A stretch of 64,000 nt of DNA from Phoronis australis (lineage: Eukaryota; Animalia; Phoronida), in NCBI GenBank assembly GCA_002633005.1, contig NMRA01000106.1:415655-479654 (forward strand), read 5' to 3'. The translations under genes and the position numbers were made by a program. The notes under the pieces were generated by a model. That model saw only the letters and a list, made by a program, of their open reading frames with translations, searched no databases and was not told where the DNA came from. Shown here piece after piece: positions 12,637 to 26,889 of the stretch; position 1 is the first letter of the stretch; the number at the start of each line of letters is the position of its first letter.

Positions 12637-13238
12637 ACTTTTATGCTCGTAAAACTTGGAATATGATCGAGAATACATTCTATTGTTCAATGAAGATTAC
12701 ATGACCTCTGCCAACAACCGTCTATTGGTTGTCACATTATGTCGTCCTCTCACTACGAAATGTCCGATCACTTGTGAGACATCGTGCATACCTCTGCAAA
12801 CCCGTCCAATGCAAAGAATGGTGAGAGTAGCTTTATTTTGAACTATGTACAATCGTTTTTGGACGCCTTATTTTTGCTAAACTACCAAGCAGCAGTCAAA
12901 TAATCAAATTGGTACAACATAAGGCTTGATTCAAGCAAATTGGTTAATATCCAGTAACCTCTAGGCCTTTCGGTCATTATCGTGTGCCAATTTGTCTGAA
13001 AAATAACATGGTTTGATCAAAGATTCTTAACGTTAGGTTGGGCTGTCAAAATAAGCCCATCTTTCAAGCAGAAGTCTTGGGTGCTTTATTGAACGTGCCG
13101 GTGCCACTGACAACAAATCGAACAACTGGTGTGGTTAAAATTCACTAAGATGGTAGGTTATCACTACAACAGACTCACAGCGAACTATGTTTTTAACATA
13201 GAAATTTCTTTTCAGCATTACTTATTTGGATTCACCAA

Positions 13239-14511
13239 CTAGGACTGAACAGGCTTATTCAAAGGTGGCCTCCTGTTGTTTCTGAATCCCACACCTTCTT
13301 CCACAGACGGGGCAGAAGGCGCAGCGCGTCTGCCGGATGACTGTGAGTTCCTTCGATTTTGCTGAAAATAGTCCCATAGCCCTGCTATCACTTCGCATGC
13401 AATTATGCTGTTCGTATTCTCGCTAATAATTTTCAGAATTAGTACGCCATCTTGTTGGAGATATCTGTCCGCGAATGTTTTGAAAAGTAGTCCATCACCA
13501 TTCTCAAGTTTATCAGCAAGCTTCAAGTGCTTTTTAAGATACCGTATTCTGGAGCGGCGAAACATCGTCATTGTCCATGGAAGAACACCGTAGACGCTTA
13601 GTGCAGCAACAATAACAAGCCAAAACCAGAGGAATATAAAAATTTTCTCGCTGAAAAGGTTAATCGGCAATGTACATTGCACAGTGTAGAGGTGCACATT
13701 TTCTCGCCCTCCTAAACGTCTGATACCAAAGTCGCACATGGTAACACGTGGGAACCTGCGAGACTCGCCCCAATTTTCACCACCCAACAGTTTTGTCATG
13801 ACTTCAATACCATAGGCCGAATAATCAGTTCTCAAAAACAAATTTAACAAAAACAATTGCACAATCACGTTTATGATGTACAGTACCTTCACAAACAAAT
13901 ACACGGCGACAATTTGGTTGCCATACCGTCTGCTGCACAACAGGCAACTCTTTGCAAGAATGGATCGAATACGCGCACAACATCCGTTCTTGAAATCGCA
14001 CTGTCTTACAAAATACCTGTCCATATGTCGCACCGCGTAGCGCACGGCCTGTTCTCTCACCTCCGGCTTTAACTGGTCAACTCGTAGCAAGGAACTCACA
14101 ATCCCGCTGACGTCCAGCCCTATGCGACTCGTGAACAGTCTCCAGACAATATGTGGCAAATAAAACACCACTGCCATCGACATTAGTATAAATGGCACCC
14201 ATTGATAATAGCTCAACTCTTGTTTTTTTCTATCTGGGAGCTCGATAGGAATTTCCTCTTTCAGTGGGATGTAATATGTATTTGATATCCAACATATATT
14301 GTTGATGTATCTCTCATGGTTTGGNTGTACAAGGGTCAATACACCAGCAAGCTATTGGGTCACCGACATACTGCTTGGTACTCACGATGACAGTGCACAG
14401 GAACAGAACGATCAAGGTGTAGCGGTGACTGAGTCGATCGAATCCGTCATCATCGTTGTGAAGCGCTGTAATCTGAGCGACTTTGCCGATTGTATCTAAA
14501 AATGTTGTCAT
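13239..14511 (-). CDS. inx: Innexin (invertebrate gap-junction/hemichannel protein), about 423 aa, apparently a single coding exon
   Basis: Joining ORFs 14314..14529 and 13239..14339 across the single N at 14325 gives MTTFLDTIGKVAQITALHNDDDGFDRLSHRYT...KQYVGDPIACWC...YINNICW...YYQWVPFIL...FPRVTMCDF...VQCTLPINLFSEKIFIFLWFW. These are the innexin signature motifs (DDxxDRL, YYQWVP, FPRVTxCDF, CxLPxN). Removing the N restores one frame. A splice acceptor (ttttgtag) lies 1 nt upstream of the ATG. Confidence 0.96.
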
Positions 14512-15334
14512 GCTACAAAAGCAGAACACAGTATATATATGTGAAAAAAAACAGTAGCAAAATAATTTTAACTAGAATGCAGTCGTTATTTTTCGGTCCT
14601 GAGGTTGTCGTGATTTGATTTATAAGGACATTTTCAGAGAGAAAAGTAATTTTACAGAAACGATCAATATCGCCGGATCCGCCCCACAAGCTCCGTGGCT
14701 GCAGCCGAACGCTCTGTTGCTGAGTCAAATCCATCTCCTTAAATAGCAAAGTATTTAATTTTTAAAAGTACAGGCCTTGATTTCATCGAATGTCTAGCAG
14801 ACAATGGCAACAATTGACGATTTGAAATATAAACACAAAAACACAACGGATTTCGTTGTTTAAATGCTCTGGTAAAAAGTGATAGCTTTAAAGAGTCTTT
14901 TCCATCAAACAATAGTCCCAAAAACGCATGATTATACCCCCTGAAATTGCTCGAGTATTAAATGGAAATTAAATTATTCTCGTTTTATGTATAGTATGGC
15001 CAAAGCATCTGAGCATCTAACGTCTCATAAATCTGTTCTATCTTAAGTGATTTTTTTTCTTTTCCTTAAACAAAGACCGATTGAAATCTATGTGTATTGG
15101 AACCTAGGTTCAAAAGACAATTGTGTAAGAGTAAATTAAATAAGTGAATCGAGGGAGACGTGAAGTGTTTTCACGTGATACGTTCCCACGTCGGTGCTGA
15201 AATGATTCATTGTACTGGTAATTAGTCAATTAGTTAATCAATAAAAATATAGTAAAAACTAAAATTAAAATCGCTTGCAATTTTATTCTGTTGATTTTTG
15301 TTTGCTGACGGAAGAGGGCTCCTTAGGTTCCGTT

Positions 15335-15474
15335 TGGGCGGCGCACTATAGGGGGCTAGGGAGGCTATAGCCCCCCACTTTTTCAGAGCTGCGCTGCCCA
15401 TGGTCTATGGACGGTGCACCACCAGGGGACTAGGGACTATAGACTACCCACTTTTTTCAGTGCTGCGCCGCCCA
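15335..15474. repeat. Two tandem 66-bp mini-hairpin elements (TGGGCGGCGCA...TGCGCCGCCCA)
   Basis: Units 15335-15400 and 15408-15474 are direct, diverged copies, each with short terminal inverted repeats. Confidence 0.65.
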
Positions 15475-18400
15475 TTATAACATGTCTGCTGTGGATGTAT
15501 ATTTTGATAAACAATATAAATGAAGCAGCTTTCGTATTCCTTTAGCAAAGATATTGTGATATCTTTTCCTTTAGTTTATTTATCACGAGGAACTTACATG
15601 TACTTAGCCGCGGCTTTTTTGACCCCGATTAAAAGCCGCATTCCTCTAAGCAATTAACAATCTAGTCAAAATAATTGACACTTCTTCCTTTTCCGATCAG
15701 CGGCAGGAGAACATTCCATGGAACAGAGTAATTGCTACTGGCATTTGCAATGTTTGCGAGTTGAACCAGTTTACACGAATTAGTAATCAACGACATGCTC
15801 AATTTTGTTTATCTTTAAAAAGTTCTATAAACTTAGTGTAACATGACTACTAGCACGAGGCGTTTAGTGGAGTAATTTTCGGTGATTAATAGTTATCTCG
15901 TTAACCGACTGGATGTTCATTTTTGATAGCTTCAACTCGAGTAGTGGGACAGTCCTTTCATAGACTTGCCTCACTAGAGAACTTGTGACATTTTTTTCTC
16001 AAGTTTGACTTACTCCTCTGGCAACTAATCAATTGCAACTTTTGTAGGATTTAAAGCAAGTTTAAGTGAGGGTTTTTAACTTAGCAGTTAAGGAAAATGT
16101 CTCAATTGTTATGTTCAGTGGATCTTTGACTTGATTATAGCGCAAGTTGAAAAGTCTAGAATTTCCTCAAACAGGATCTACATTCGAAATTATAGTCTCC
16201 AATCACAGGCCTATGGAAGTCATGACAAATCTAGACTTAAGTCAGAATTTTTTGGAATGGGCCCCAGAACTGGAGTCTGGTCACCGGATATGGATCATTT
16301 TCAGCGTGAGTGGAGTTTAGAGATGTGAGGCAGAACTTGTTGTTTGCTAGTTCAAGAACTTACGGATCTTATCTGAAAATAGAAAAACGAGTCACGGCAT
16401 TGTTTTCATCCCACCAATACAAGGACAAAATGTGCCGTGGTTTTCCAATTATGCGCCCTGGTGCTCACTCGGAGACATAAGATGGGTTCAGCACATACTG
16501 TAATAGGAATAGGAAGGGTTTAACATTGCGAGAGTTGATTGGAAACAATCACCTGATCTGAACATATCGTTACTTACAACTTCACGAATAAGTCCTGCAT
16601 CCATGTTAAGTCACGTGCAGAAGCGTTCTGATTGTGCTGACAGTCAGAGCCATGTCAAATATCCCGCTCTGTGAAATTGTACATAAGGACGATTTCCTCT
16701 CTGAATACTGCTAGATAGCGTAGACTAACTGCATTCACCATTCCAACTCACAATACGTGCAAGTTTATTTATTAATAATTTGTTTTAATTAAGCTTAATT
16801 AACGATCTGGCATGGGTAACCCTTTTGATTTGGCATGGGGGTTATCAGAAAGATCTATTGGTATGATGCAATCATTGCCACTCAAACATTTGCAATTTCC
16901 GGTGGGCCTGGTAGAAATGCATCCAAAAACATCTGCTCCTTTGTCATCGACGACCCAGACATTAGCAAATACACGGACTAGAAAGTTGAAGCACCGAAAC
17001 CCAATTCCCGAAATCGAAGTTCAACTGTCGACTTAATTCAAATATTTTCTTTTGTATTTTATTGTGAATATTGTAGTTCGTAGTTTTATGAACTTGAAAC
17101 CATGAACTGTTAACCTGGTGGGCCTAAAACCAGCAATGATTATTTAAGTCAATGCTCTCATTCAATCACAAAAATAAAAACACTTATTTTGAGTTCACAA
17201 TAAGGAAAAACAGAAAATAATGTGTCCGAGTCCGGGGACAGGATTTCGGGTGTAGATATCACTTTAAGACGAGCGCCATTATGAATGTTGGTAACAGCTG
17301 CCAATTCAAATTTTACGTGTACAGTGTACTTAGTTTTATGCAAATTGTTGTCAATCCATAATGAACGTTCTTTATATGTAGGTGTAATAGTCTAATAATT
17401 ACTAGCAACACTAACCCGTGTGCATGTACAGAAGCTGTGCACATTTGAAAAAGTCGGCAAAATTAATTTAGTTTAAATGTTTTTGCGGAAAGGCTTGAAC
17501 ACAGTGAACAAAGAACCCTCAGGCAATGCTGTTCTGATCGTTTTCTTTCGAAAGAAGTGGTTGCTTCTTTCACCTTACAACATCCCAGATTCGAAGTGCA
17601 TTGAAAGAACAGAAAGGTCCTCTACACCATCATTCGATAATTGTCTTGGCCACTGGATATATATTCCGCGGTGCCAGCAGACAGTTGAACGGCAGTTACC
17701 GGTTATCAACAGTGCCCCTGAATATTCTTGGAAAACCGGGAAAGCGCTACAGTGAAGAACAAAAGCGAGAGCTACAACGTTTACATTGAGGATTTAGTAG
17801 AGACAACTCTTTAATCATGGGAAAGAAGTTGCTAGCGTTTAATTTACTATTCAGAATCCGATAACTAACCTTAGGTCCTTTTACCCAGAAATAGATTTCT
17901 GAATAGTCCGTTGCCACTAATTGTAGAAAATCGTGCTCTTGAACTTTTGAAATAGATGAATATTAAACTAGAACATTCGCCTAAGGCAGGCGATCCGAAC
18001 AACACGTCTGCGGTATTCATGAACATAGCTCCGCCGCTTTGCAGTCTCTTGGACATGTAAACTCAGTTCGCTGACTCACTAACTCGGTCGCGCACTCGCA
18101 AAACACGACTTATACACCCAAAAAGAGCGACTCCACTCCGTAATTTGTAAACATGACACATGGACTCTTCGGTAAGGCCATATCCGTGGTCTTAGTCGTA
18201 TGAGCTGGCGAGTCATATTTTGGGTGCATATGCCGTGTTTCGTGACTGCGGTGCCGTCTTCAGTTTGTGTCAGTGGGCGGGCTGGATTTTCAGGTCCGTG
18301 AGCTATGTTCATGAGTGCGTGTGCCGTGTTGTTCGGGTAACATGAAAGAGTGAATTACAGCAGACAAACTTAAACAAGACAAAGGTTATTCGGAACACCT

Positions 18401-19702
18401 TAGGTATTTTCGTATCCTTAAATTTTCTCTTGGAGGTGAACGTTATTTCTACAATGGTTGACTTTCAAACTGGAGAATGGTTATCGGTTTGAAAGAACGT
18501 TGTACATAAGTTCACATGGGAGGGGAAATTTGAAGCTACGAAAATTCCCAAGGTTTTCACCCATAATGAACAAAAGTTAAGCACGATAGAGAAATTAGAC
18601 TGACGAATTAGCATCGATAATGTCTCCAAAATCTTCGCTTGTATAAAACGGTTAAGTACCGAGAGGTGCCTCATAGTAACTGCTTGAATAATAAAAAGAG
18701 TGGATAGGAACGAAACTCGCCCCCGCAGTCTCACCTAGGGGGGTTGCTGCATAAATTCGTATCATAATATAGAGCACGATCACTGCCGGGAATTCAGCAA
18801 ATAGCCCCCAAATATAGGCGTATACGCTGAAAACTATTTTCAAAGTCGCAACTGAATTTTTGGGCGATTTGTCTGGTTTTCCAAAACTGAAAAGTGTCAT
18901 CAAGTGTCAAACAGTACATACGTGTATTCACAAATTTTTGCAATAAGTATTTCAAAGAAGTGCTTTTAAATATCGTGGTCATAGATACGGGAACGCAATG
19001 TGCATGAAGTCCAAACCGGTTCGGTCTCTCTTAGTGCGGCGCAACATCTACTAGACGGTTAATTACACAATAGGAATTCGCCGAAATAAAAATCAAGCGG
19101 GAATTTGATCTGTGATGGCAAAATAATGGTTATTATTCTTTATGTTGTTCAACACGATGTTCATGTGCAATTTGACTTAATTTCCTTTATTAAGGGACAT
19201 TTCCTCCTCACGCGCTAGCGAAAACATAAATTATATACTAGCTTCTCAACCACACAAATCATGTCTCAAACCTTTCCATACCAAGACAGAAAGCAATTTC
19301 CATCGGACACTAACCATGTATTTCCGTTACGAAGTTTTAAGAGGGTGTCAAAGAGCCAGTAACTTTTGACAATCCTCCCGATTCTATGCTCTTTCACGTA
19401 CATCTACTTGCTTGATTACTTTTGGTGGTACGTATGAGAAACTTTGGAAGAAATTTGTTAAAATTTCAACAGCATGTTTCATAATCTTCGTTTTAGGAAG
19501 TAATAAGGAAATGTCTTACTAAAAATGATAAATGGATTAGGTTGTGAGATTAATCTGTTAAAGCCGTAGCAAAGCCGCCTTTGGTTGGCAAAAACTACAT
19601 ATGATTTGTCTGAAATGTTTCCTTACTCAGACGAGAAATGGTTTCTGGATAATGGTAGAACTGACTGGGGGTTAGTTCTTGAGATCATGTTCGCTGCACA
19701 AG

Positions 19703-19748
19703 GTGACACAACGTGACACGAAGTGACACAACGTGACACCACGTGACA
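19703..19748. repeat. Short tandem repeat, 10 bp x about 4.5 (gtgacacnan)
   Basis: Directly visible. Confidence 0.75.
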
Positions 19749-22700
19749 AGACAACTTACGTTTGTAAGTTCTTCCCAAGTCTCGGAGTCGTTTTCAATTC
19801 TAGTAAGGCATAAGTTACATACCAGATTTATACCGATGAGGGCTCTCAATCAAACATTATTTTTCGACGTAAGGCGGGATTATGATCGTTTTAAGTTTAA
19901 TAGTCCAATACAATAAGAGCTTTCACCGACTTGACAGTTTATGGAAAACAAGACGACGTTACGTCATACCACGCATTTCTGAAAGTCATCCCAGGCTGAA
20001 GAACCGAAAACGCCATATTTTTTCTACATTTCTGGTTACTCAAATAAAGCACAAGTGTTATTTCTGAAAAAGGCTTGTAAACTGAAAATGTATCAAAATA
20101 CGTCGAGATGGGTATTTGTTTATACCAGTTACAAACATATTCCTAAAGCGACATAATGATTAAAACGAATGCAAAAAACATTTAATTTACTTGTTTACTG
20201 ACAGTTCCGACTTTAATCCAAACAGATCTTCAAATCTTACTTTCAGGGTTGAACGCACTCCGATTTTTTCAAGTCACGTCAGACTCAACACATAAACTTT
20301 CCCAGCTCAAGCAATACAGTGACCAGCTGGGCATGCAAGAACATTTGCAACGTTTTACCGAATACAACGCAAATGAATATTGTCTTGGCGATTCCTTTTT
20401 GTTGTAATTCTAATTTCAATTCATTATCGAGAATTAAAAAAGCAAGAATCAATCTAAAACTTACTTGTTTGTTATCCGTTTGGCTTAATATCCACACAAT
20501 ATGTTTAACAGCGAAAACCTCACTGCCAGTGATTCAAACGGAAATTCAGGAGTATCAAGCTTCCGATTTACTGTTATTATTCGCGCTTTCGAATTAACTA
20601 CCTGTAAATAAGGCCGATCTTATCCACTTAATTGTGCATCCTACAGACAAGTCGCAACAGTTGCTATTATTCGACCGCCTGATGAGGATCCCAGATGTGT
20701 TGGCGAAATCTTATCGTACCATTAGAAATCAGTCCTCCTCCTCCAACATATGGATGAACTCACTTAACACAAAATCCCGAAATTATCAGAAAGCTGCCAT
20801 CGTTCAAAAACAACTTATTGGAACATTTTGCGTGGCAGTAATACGAGAAATGAGTTATATCAAATTCGTTATCGATATCATTTCGAGTTGCTTAATTATT
20901 GAAAACCTGCGTTCGTTTACGATAGCATTTGCATTCACATTTGTCGTTATTAATTATTAGAAATTCTAACCACCATTTCTCCGCATCTCAAAAAAGACTA
21001 CATATCGAGACAAAAATCAAATTAACAAAAAATAAAAGAAGTACGTGTCACGATGTGTAAATTATGAATCTTGAAAAGGATTGGTTAATTACTTAATGAA
21101 ATTAACATTTCTTTATAAGTACGGCGTAATGTCAACGTCCTAATTGTGAATTCTATTGACGTTCTAGATGTACAATTATTGAAATAACACATTCTTTAGA
21201 TAAATGGATAACGAAGACTACTTGACTTCAAGAACGGAATAAATATAGATATTTTATAAATTAGAAATATTCAATCCAAGAATGGTAAGAATCTGAGCCA
21301 AATAAATTGTACGGATGAGTCAACAAACTATGAATTAGCATACATGATAACTTACATAAGACGTCACTTTTTCATCGGCATGACGATTGCTCGTCCAGCC
21401 CTAACCATTGTTATATCACAGGTTAGTTAATTTTCGTTAACAAACTCGACACCGTTTACATCAACTAAAAGAGTAATCAGAGTATTGACCTTTTTCGTCG
21501 CATCTTTATACTTCACTCCTCATCCATCCGACGTCGTCGATGTTTTGCATTCAACACGGCTGTGATCTACTAAGTGACAAATTCACGATCCTTTTAATAT
21601 CTACCTTCACTCCGCCGCAGAAAGCGAACCAATGCGCAGTCCCGTTTACAATGCCTTGCCGGAGAACAGTCAATTTAATTTTAGGAGACAGTGAATCGTT
21701 GAGAACTTACGCTAAGAAATGCAATTAGAACGATGATCTTTAATTACTTTAGTGTTTTCTTATAAATTGAATTACAGCGTTGTATTTAGTCTAACGTGAT
21801 GTCGAGTGTTTGACGTATATCCTAATTAATTGGACTCCAACGTATTCAATACTTGCAAGAATTCTCCACTATGCTTGAGAACGCGGTGTTGTTTCCAAAC
21901 TACAATGGTTCAGCATGTTTGCAACGCGCGCTTTCACGTTTGCGTTGTAAAAATTGATGCTAAAACGAGGCATTGTGTCCTAAACAACAATGCACAACAA
22001 TCATTTTTGTAGCCCCACCAAAGTGTGCAAGTAGTGAACTCTCCCCCTTATGTAGAATCATCAGAAATCAGAGTCACTGTTACTCATTATTGCATAGACT
22101 GGTAACAAAAAACACTTTACTATTGATTCGCCTAAAATTGGAATCAACGCTGATTCATTCGTTAAAATGATTACACTGTAAAAATGTTTCTTCAAGAAAA
22201 CACGATCGTAAATTAAAACGATTTACTCCTTTTAACTTTTCGTTTTCGTTCGTTTCCAAAAACCATCTGTTTACACGACCGTGTGTGCAGTCTCATCCGT
22301 ATTGGAGACGTGCGATCTTCCAATGCTTTCGATAATAAAAAACCATTGCAATTGCCCGTTGAGGTCAGTTTGTGTGAGTTAATGAGATTACAATTCATTA
22401 TTTTCTGTTTGGTGAATAACTATGGAATCACAGTCCTTTTTAAAAGTGTATTGACTTGTTACAAAACGAATAATTGTTGCATCTTATTAATGGTTCGTTA
22501 CTAGTTTTAAGAGGCAACGAATCGTTGAAAAAACGGACAGGTTAAATTATTGCAAACATTTCTTCAAACTAACGAATCATCCTACTGCTTTGTGATTTTG
22601 GAGGTTAAAGTCGCATTTGTTTTCTCTGTGCTGACAAGATATGTAACGAAAGTGTGAGCGCCTTCTGTCGAAAACCAGTCAGGCCAGTTTCTGTTATAAA

Positions 22701-23057
22701 ATCAGTCTCATCTTGTTCCTTAGAGACGATTTCTTGGCTTGAGAAAAACTGGCACTTACAGGTTGATTTTACTTCAGATCAGGTCCGTGCAGTTGATTGT
22801 CACGGCGGAGGGTTACAATCAGCCTCAAGAACAATATAACCGTAGGGAAATTTCAGGCGATTTCACATACAAACCATCTGAATAGAAACCGGATGTCATA
22901 GCGATTAAGGGCAAATGTGCCTGCGAAAAAATTTGAAGTATGTATAGCGACTTTTAGAACTTCAATTTTTTCTTGGCATGAATATTGGTTAGAATATTTT
23001 GTTGCACTTGAGAGATAATGGACGAGAAATCAAGAGGAAGAAACAATTCCGTAATCG

Positions 23058-23363
23058 AGGCCCTAGATTTCAGCTACGGTCCCCTACATTTCAGTCCCCT
23101 ACCAGCAAGCATCGAGCCCGCAACGCAAATCCAAGACACGCAATGCAAACACAACACTGAAACTTTGGTTCCGGGTACCAGATCTAGATTCTATAGCCGC
23201 GCTTCTAACGTGCAGTCAAGGAATCAGATATCCGGAACTGGAGATAATGGGTCATACACAGGGAATGAAGCATTTTCGGGTCTGGGAACTTTCACCAAGT
23301 GTTTAGGGTCTGCTAGTCCGGGACTGGTCTCTAGGGGACCGTAGCTGAAAATTAGAGGCACTG
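23058..23363. mobile_element. About 305-bp imperfect palindromic MITE-like element
   Basis: tttcagctacggtccccta (left) versus taggggaccgtagctgaaa (right), with further internal symmetry. No clear TSD. Confidence 0.65.
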
Positions 23364-24504
23364 TCATGGAATTATTCAATCCTTTGAGAACTGAAACGAC
23401 CACTGCTGGCCGGACTAACCTGCTCATTGATTTTTCGGAAGCGTTTCGGCTAGTTAAGTTTTGATTGTTCTTTGTAGCAACGAAATTAAAATCCTGACGT
23501 AATAAAAACAATTTCTAGATCAATTTTGGGCCGGACAGTGGTTATTCAGTTTTTCAATTTTTAATTGCCAAACGGTTTCCAAGGAATCACTGTGTTTGAA
23601 ACTGATATTTTTGACAGTGTTGCATAGCGACCACGTGTGGCTGTCAACATAAACCTGGCAGTACATAAAGGACTTTGTCTCTGTTTTCAATAATTATTAA
23701 CCTCGGCTATATATCTGATGCCTTGGATAGATAAATCTTCCAAAATTCCCTATTCACACATTCGCGTTTGATAGGCAATTCCGTATCAAATGCGTGAGAA
23801 GACGTTTTCTGACCACAACGCGCATATCTTACGACAGTAATGAAACACAAGTCGCCGCCATCAGAAAACTGACAACTGGTGAATGAATTTCATCACAGCT
23901 GACACTGTTCTCTAAGTTCGGTGGACCACATTATCCGTAGGCGTGGTGAAGAGTCCGCCAGATTCGTAAGAACGGGCCCAAAAGCGCGAACACAAACAAT
24001 ACAGGAAATATACAGAAAACATGTGATATTGACGACAACTGTTCCTGATGATGCAAAGTACATGCAATTTCCGCTGTTGATGTAAAATTTACAACGCAAT
24101 GCGAACCACATAGAATGTAGTGCACACGTTATCTAACGAGGCCTCTTGCAGACATCGCGTGAGAAGACAAAGACTAACAGGTTTCTTAGATTACACGCGA
24201 TATAATGTTTTCCCCCGTTATTTGCAGGTGTCAATAAATCCATAATAAAATAATATTTTGTCAGCTAATATATTAAACACAATTCCCAAAGTGAGAAGTA
24301 TTTATCGTGTAGATTGATAAGCTTTTCCTGTTAGATTAAAGGCGCATGAATTAATTGAAGATATAAGTAAACCATTGCATTGGATATTGACATGCTTTTT
24401 AATTCAAGATAAAGAAACTAAAAATAAAAAACAAAACGAATAAATACACAGGTTCTTAAATGCCTTAAGTTATCTGAGCTCGGTTGCATGAAACAGTCCC
24501 TAAT

Positions 24505-25142
24505 AGGGACTCAACTAAGTTCCCTAAATCTATTTGTGGGCTTGTGGGAACACTGGCTGCCCTTTCTTATGCGGTTTGAGTCCCATCAATAAGTCATTTT
24601 TGATACAAATCGAGAACGAAGTTTACATTCAATTCTCAATATTATTGAAAATAGGAATCTTTCCATGCAACGCCTTTAATCGTGCGCGCATCCAGGGGGG
24701 GGGCTCGGGGAGAACGAATAAGCCGCCCCCCCCCCCCTCCCCCCATTTGACGAAGTGGGCAAAAAGGTCCGCTTCGGAGAACAAAAAGTCCTGGAAAACG
24801 AGAAAAAAAGTCCATTAAAAAGGCGCACAGTTCAAAGCTCCGAACGTGGTACCCAGTGCCTTTTTTAGTCCTTCCGCTTTTTTGTTAATAAAAGGTCAAC
24901 ATCGCCGGAAATTCGAGCCCCCCCCCATGTTAAAGGTTGAGTGCGCGCATGTTAATTTAAGGACTAATTTCCTAGTTACTTTGACTGAATTAAGGGCTCG
25001 CTTTTTAGTTATTTTATTAGGAAATGTCATTGGTCAAAGAAGAGCTCACAATAAAGATAAAACAATATGAAAATACATCTGTGAGTACTTGTGAAGAACG
25101 AAACAAATACGCAAAACATTTAGGGAACTTAGTTGAGTGCCT
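24505..25142. mobile_element. MITE with about 25-bp TIRs hosting the nested family-B copy
   Basis: agggactcaactaagttccctaaat (24505-24529) versus atttagggaacttagttgagtgcct (25118-25142), flanked by AT on both sides. Confidence 0.7.
24681..24951 (+). mobile_element. MITE family B (CATGCGCGCA termini, poly-G tract), 5-bp TSD TTAAT
   Basis: ttaat|cgtgcgcgca ... tgcgcgcatg|ttaat; internal gaagtgggcaaaaaggtccgc motif shared with the other copies. Confidence 0.85.
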
Positions 25143-26217
25143 ATTTGAGCCAATATGATGAAACACGTGGCAAACTTAATATAACATTAACGCACAACAA
25201 ACGACCATGTTTGCAAAGGTTTTACCTGTACATACGGCAGGTAAACTCATGACTTTTCGAGACAGATTCTCAGAGGTCTTTTAAATTTTGTAATTTTTAA
25301 AATTAATGCAAAACCTCCGTGGAGGTTACTAGACTCAAAAAAATTAAACGGGGTTGTGCAAATTTAAGACGATTGCCCTGTCCTTGGTTTTTCTCTATTA
25401 TCATGTAAGATGATGGTAGACATTCCCGATTATCAAACCACACTACAGCACAATATCATGACCCAGCCATACAATTTTCTGGCTTAAAGGACCATGGGAC
25501 GCGAAAACTCATCAAAGACATCACATTCTTCTCCAAATAAGTGCCCTCGTCGTGTAACTTGTCTACTTCAATATTTGAAACAACTTCATAAAAATACCAA
25601 GTTAGCCAGTTTTGAAAAACACTAAAGAGATAAAAAAAAGTTCCGGACACATTTTCAAACGTAGTTCCCACAGATAACGTGAGCGCGAATGCGCTCATAT
25701 CATTTTTTTCATTCAATTTTGAACAAATAGCGCCGTCAAAATGTTGCATTGCCAAATTAGGAGATCGCGCATTGACAAGCGTTTAGAAGTTCGTTTCTTC
25801 AAATTTGAAAAGGAAAATTAGCTTAAATTGTACTAATATTGTACTAATTGTACTAATATTGTACTAATATTCCGAATTGATATGAAGAAGCATTAAAGAC
25901 AGTGGCTTAATATGCTGAGACCAAGTTCATTGTCATAAAAACACACCGAAGAATACAATTTGAGGTGTCAACACGGTCCTACCCACTTTAAAGAGACGCT
26001 ATTGGTGCAAATAAGGTGGAAAAGAAAATCTCGGGATTGTTATCGAGAAGGATAGATTTCATCGAGTTATTAGCTTTGCTCAAAGCAATAAAACAATAAA
26101 ATTGTTGTTTTGTGATTTTATTACAAATTGCAAATTCTCGCTGTTGTCTGCCAGGCACTGAAATCAAGACAAGTCACTTTACCTGTTCAACAATCTTTCT
26201 CTGCCATTTATCGAGTG

Positions 26218-26290
26218 GGGTTTAGCTTCGCCAGTGCAGGCTAAACTGTGACCGCGAGAGTTCCAGGTTCGAATCCCCGCGGAGTCCGAG
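26218..26290 (+). mobile_element. tRNA-derived SINE head (decayed)
   Basis: ttagcttcgccagtgc...tgtgaccgcgagagttccaggttcgaatcccc has a perfect B-box (GGTTCGAATCC) but no complete cloverleaf. Confidence 0.5.
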
Positions 26291-26443
26291 ATTTCAGAAA
26301 ATCCGTTTTATGGACGACAATGACCCTTTAAATTTAATAACATACAGTCAAGAGCGGAGACGTACCAAAGTGTGTCCAGTACTTTGTTGTCTGCAATTAT
26401 TACAATCCAGATCATTATACATCTACCGCAAATGCCGACTAAG

Positions 26444-26670
26444 CATGCGCGCACCCAGCCAAAACTATAGGGGGCTCGAATTCTTGAGAATGAGGACCTT
26501 TAAGTAAAAACACGGGGTACGCTCATTCGCCGAATTCTTGCCTTTTTAGAGGGCTCTTGTCTCATTTTCTACTTTTTCGGACTTTTTGTTTTTCTGAGGC
26601 GGACCTTTTTGCCCATTTCGCCAAACGGGGTGCTTATTCGAGCTCCCCCCCTCATCTGGGTTCGCGCATG
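26444..26670 (-). mobile_element. MITE family B, 5-bp TSD CTAAG
   Basis: ctaag|catgcgcgcacccag ... ctgggttcgcgcatg|ctaag. Confidence 0.85.
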
Positions 26671-26889
26671 CTAAGATTGCATTTCGTCAAAAAGCTATTG
26701 TAGTGCTTCCCTTGTAACCCCTGGAGGTGTGTTACCTCCAAGACTGACAGGTGCGCGGCGGCAACAATTAGAAATATTGAGAAAACGAAAGACTGGTCTA
26801 CTTGTAACTTTATATCACCGTTTTAAGAAGTCTATCTCATCTAACAATAATCCAAAAACGACTATTTCTGGGGTAACATTGATCATGTC

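Noticed and set aside
16785-16802. Perfect 18-bp palindrome ttaattaagcttaattaa
   Set aside because: Low complexity in AT-rich DNA with no supporting context.
17477-18312. Cluster of 60-92 aa ORFs
   Set aside because: No recognisable domains or consistent splice structure. They may be old transposon debris, but this cannot be supported.
26218-26290. Functional tRNA genes here, at 1045-1111 and at 12510-12551
   Set aside because: A B-box is present but I could not fold an acceptor stem or a full cloverleaf; treated as SINE-derived. tRNAscan-SE would settle it.
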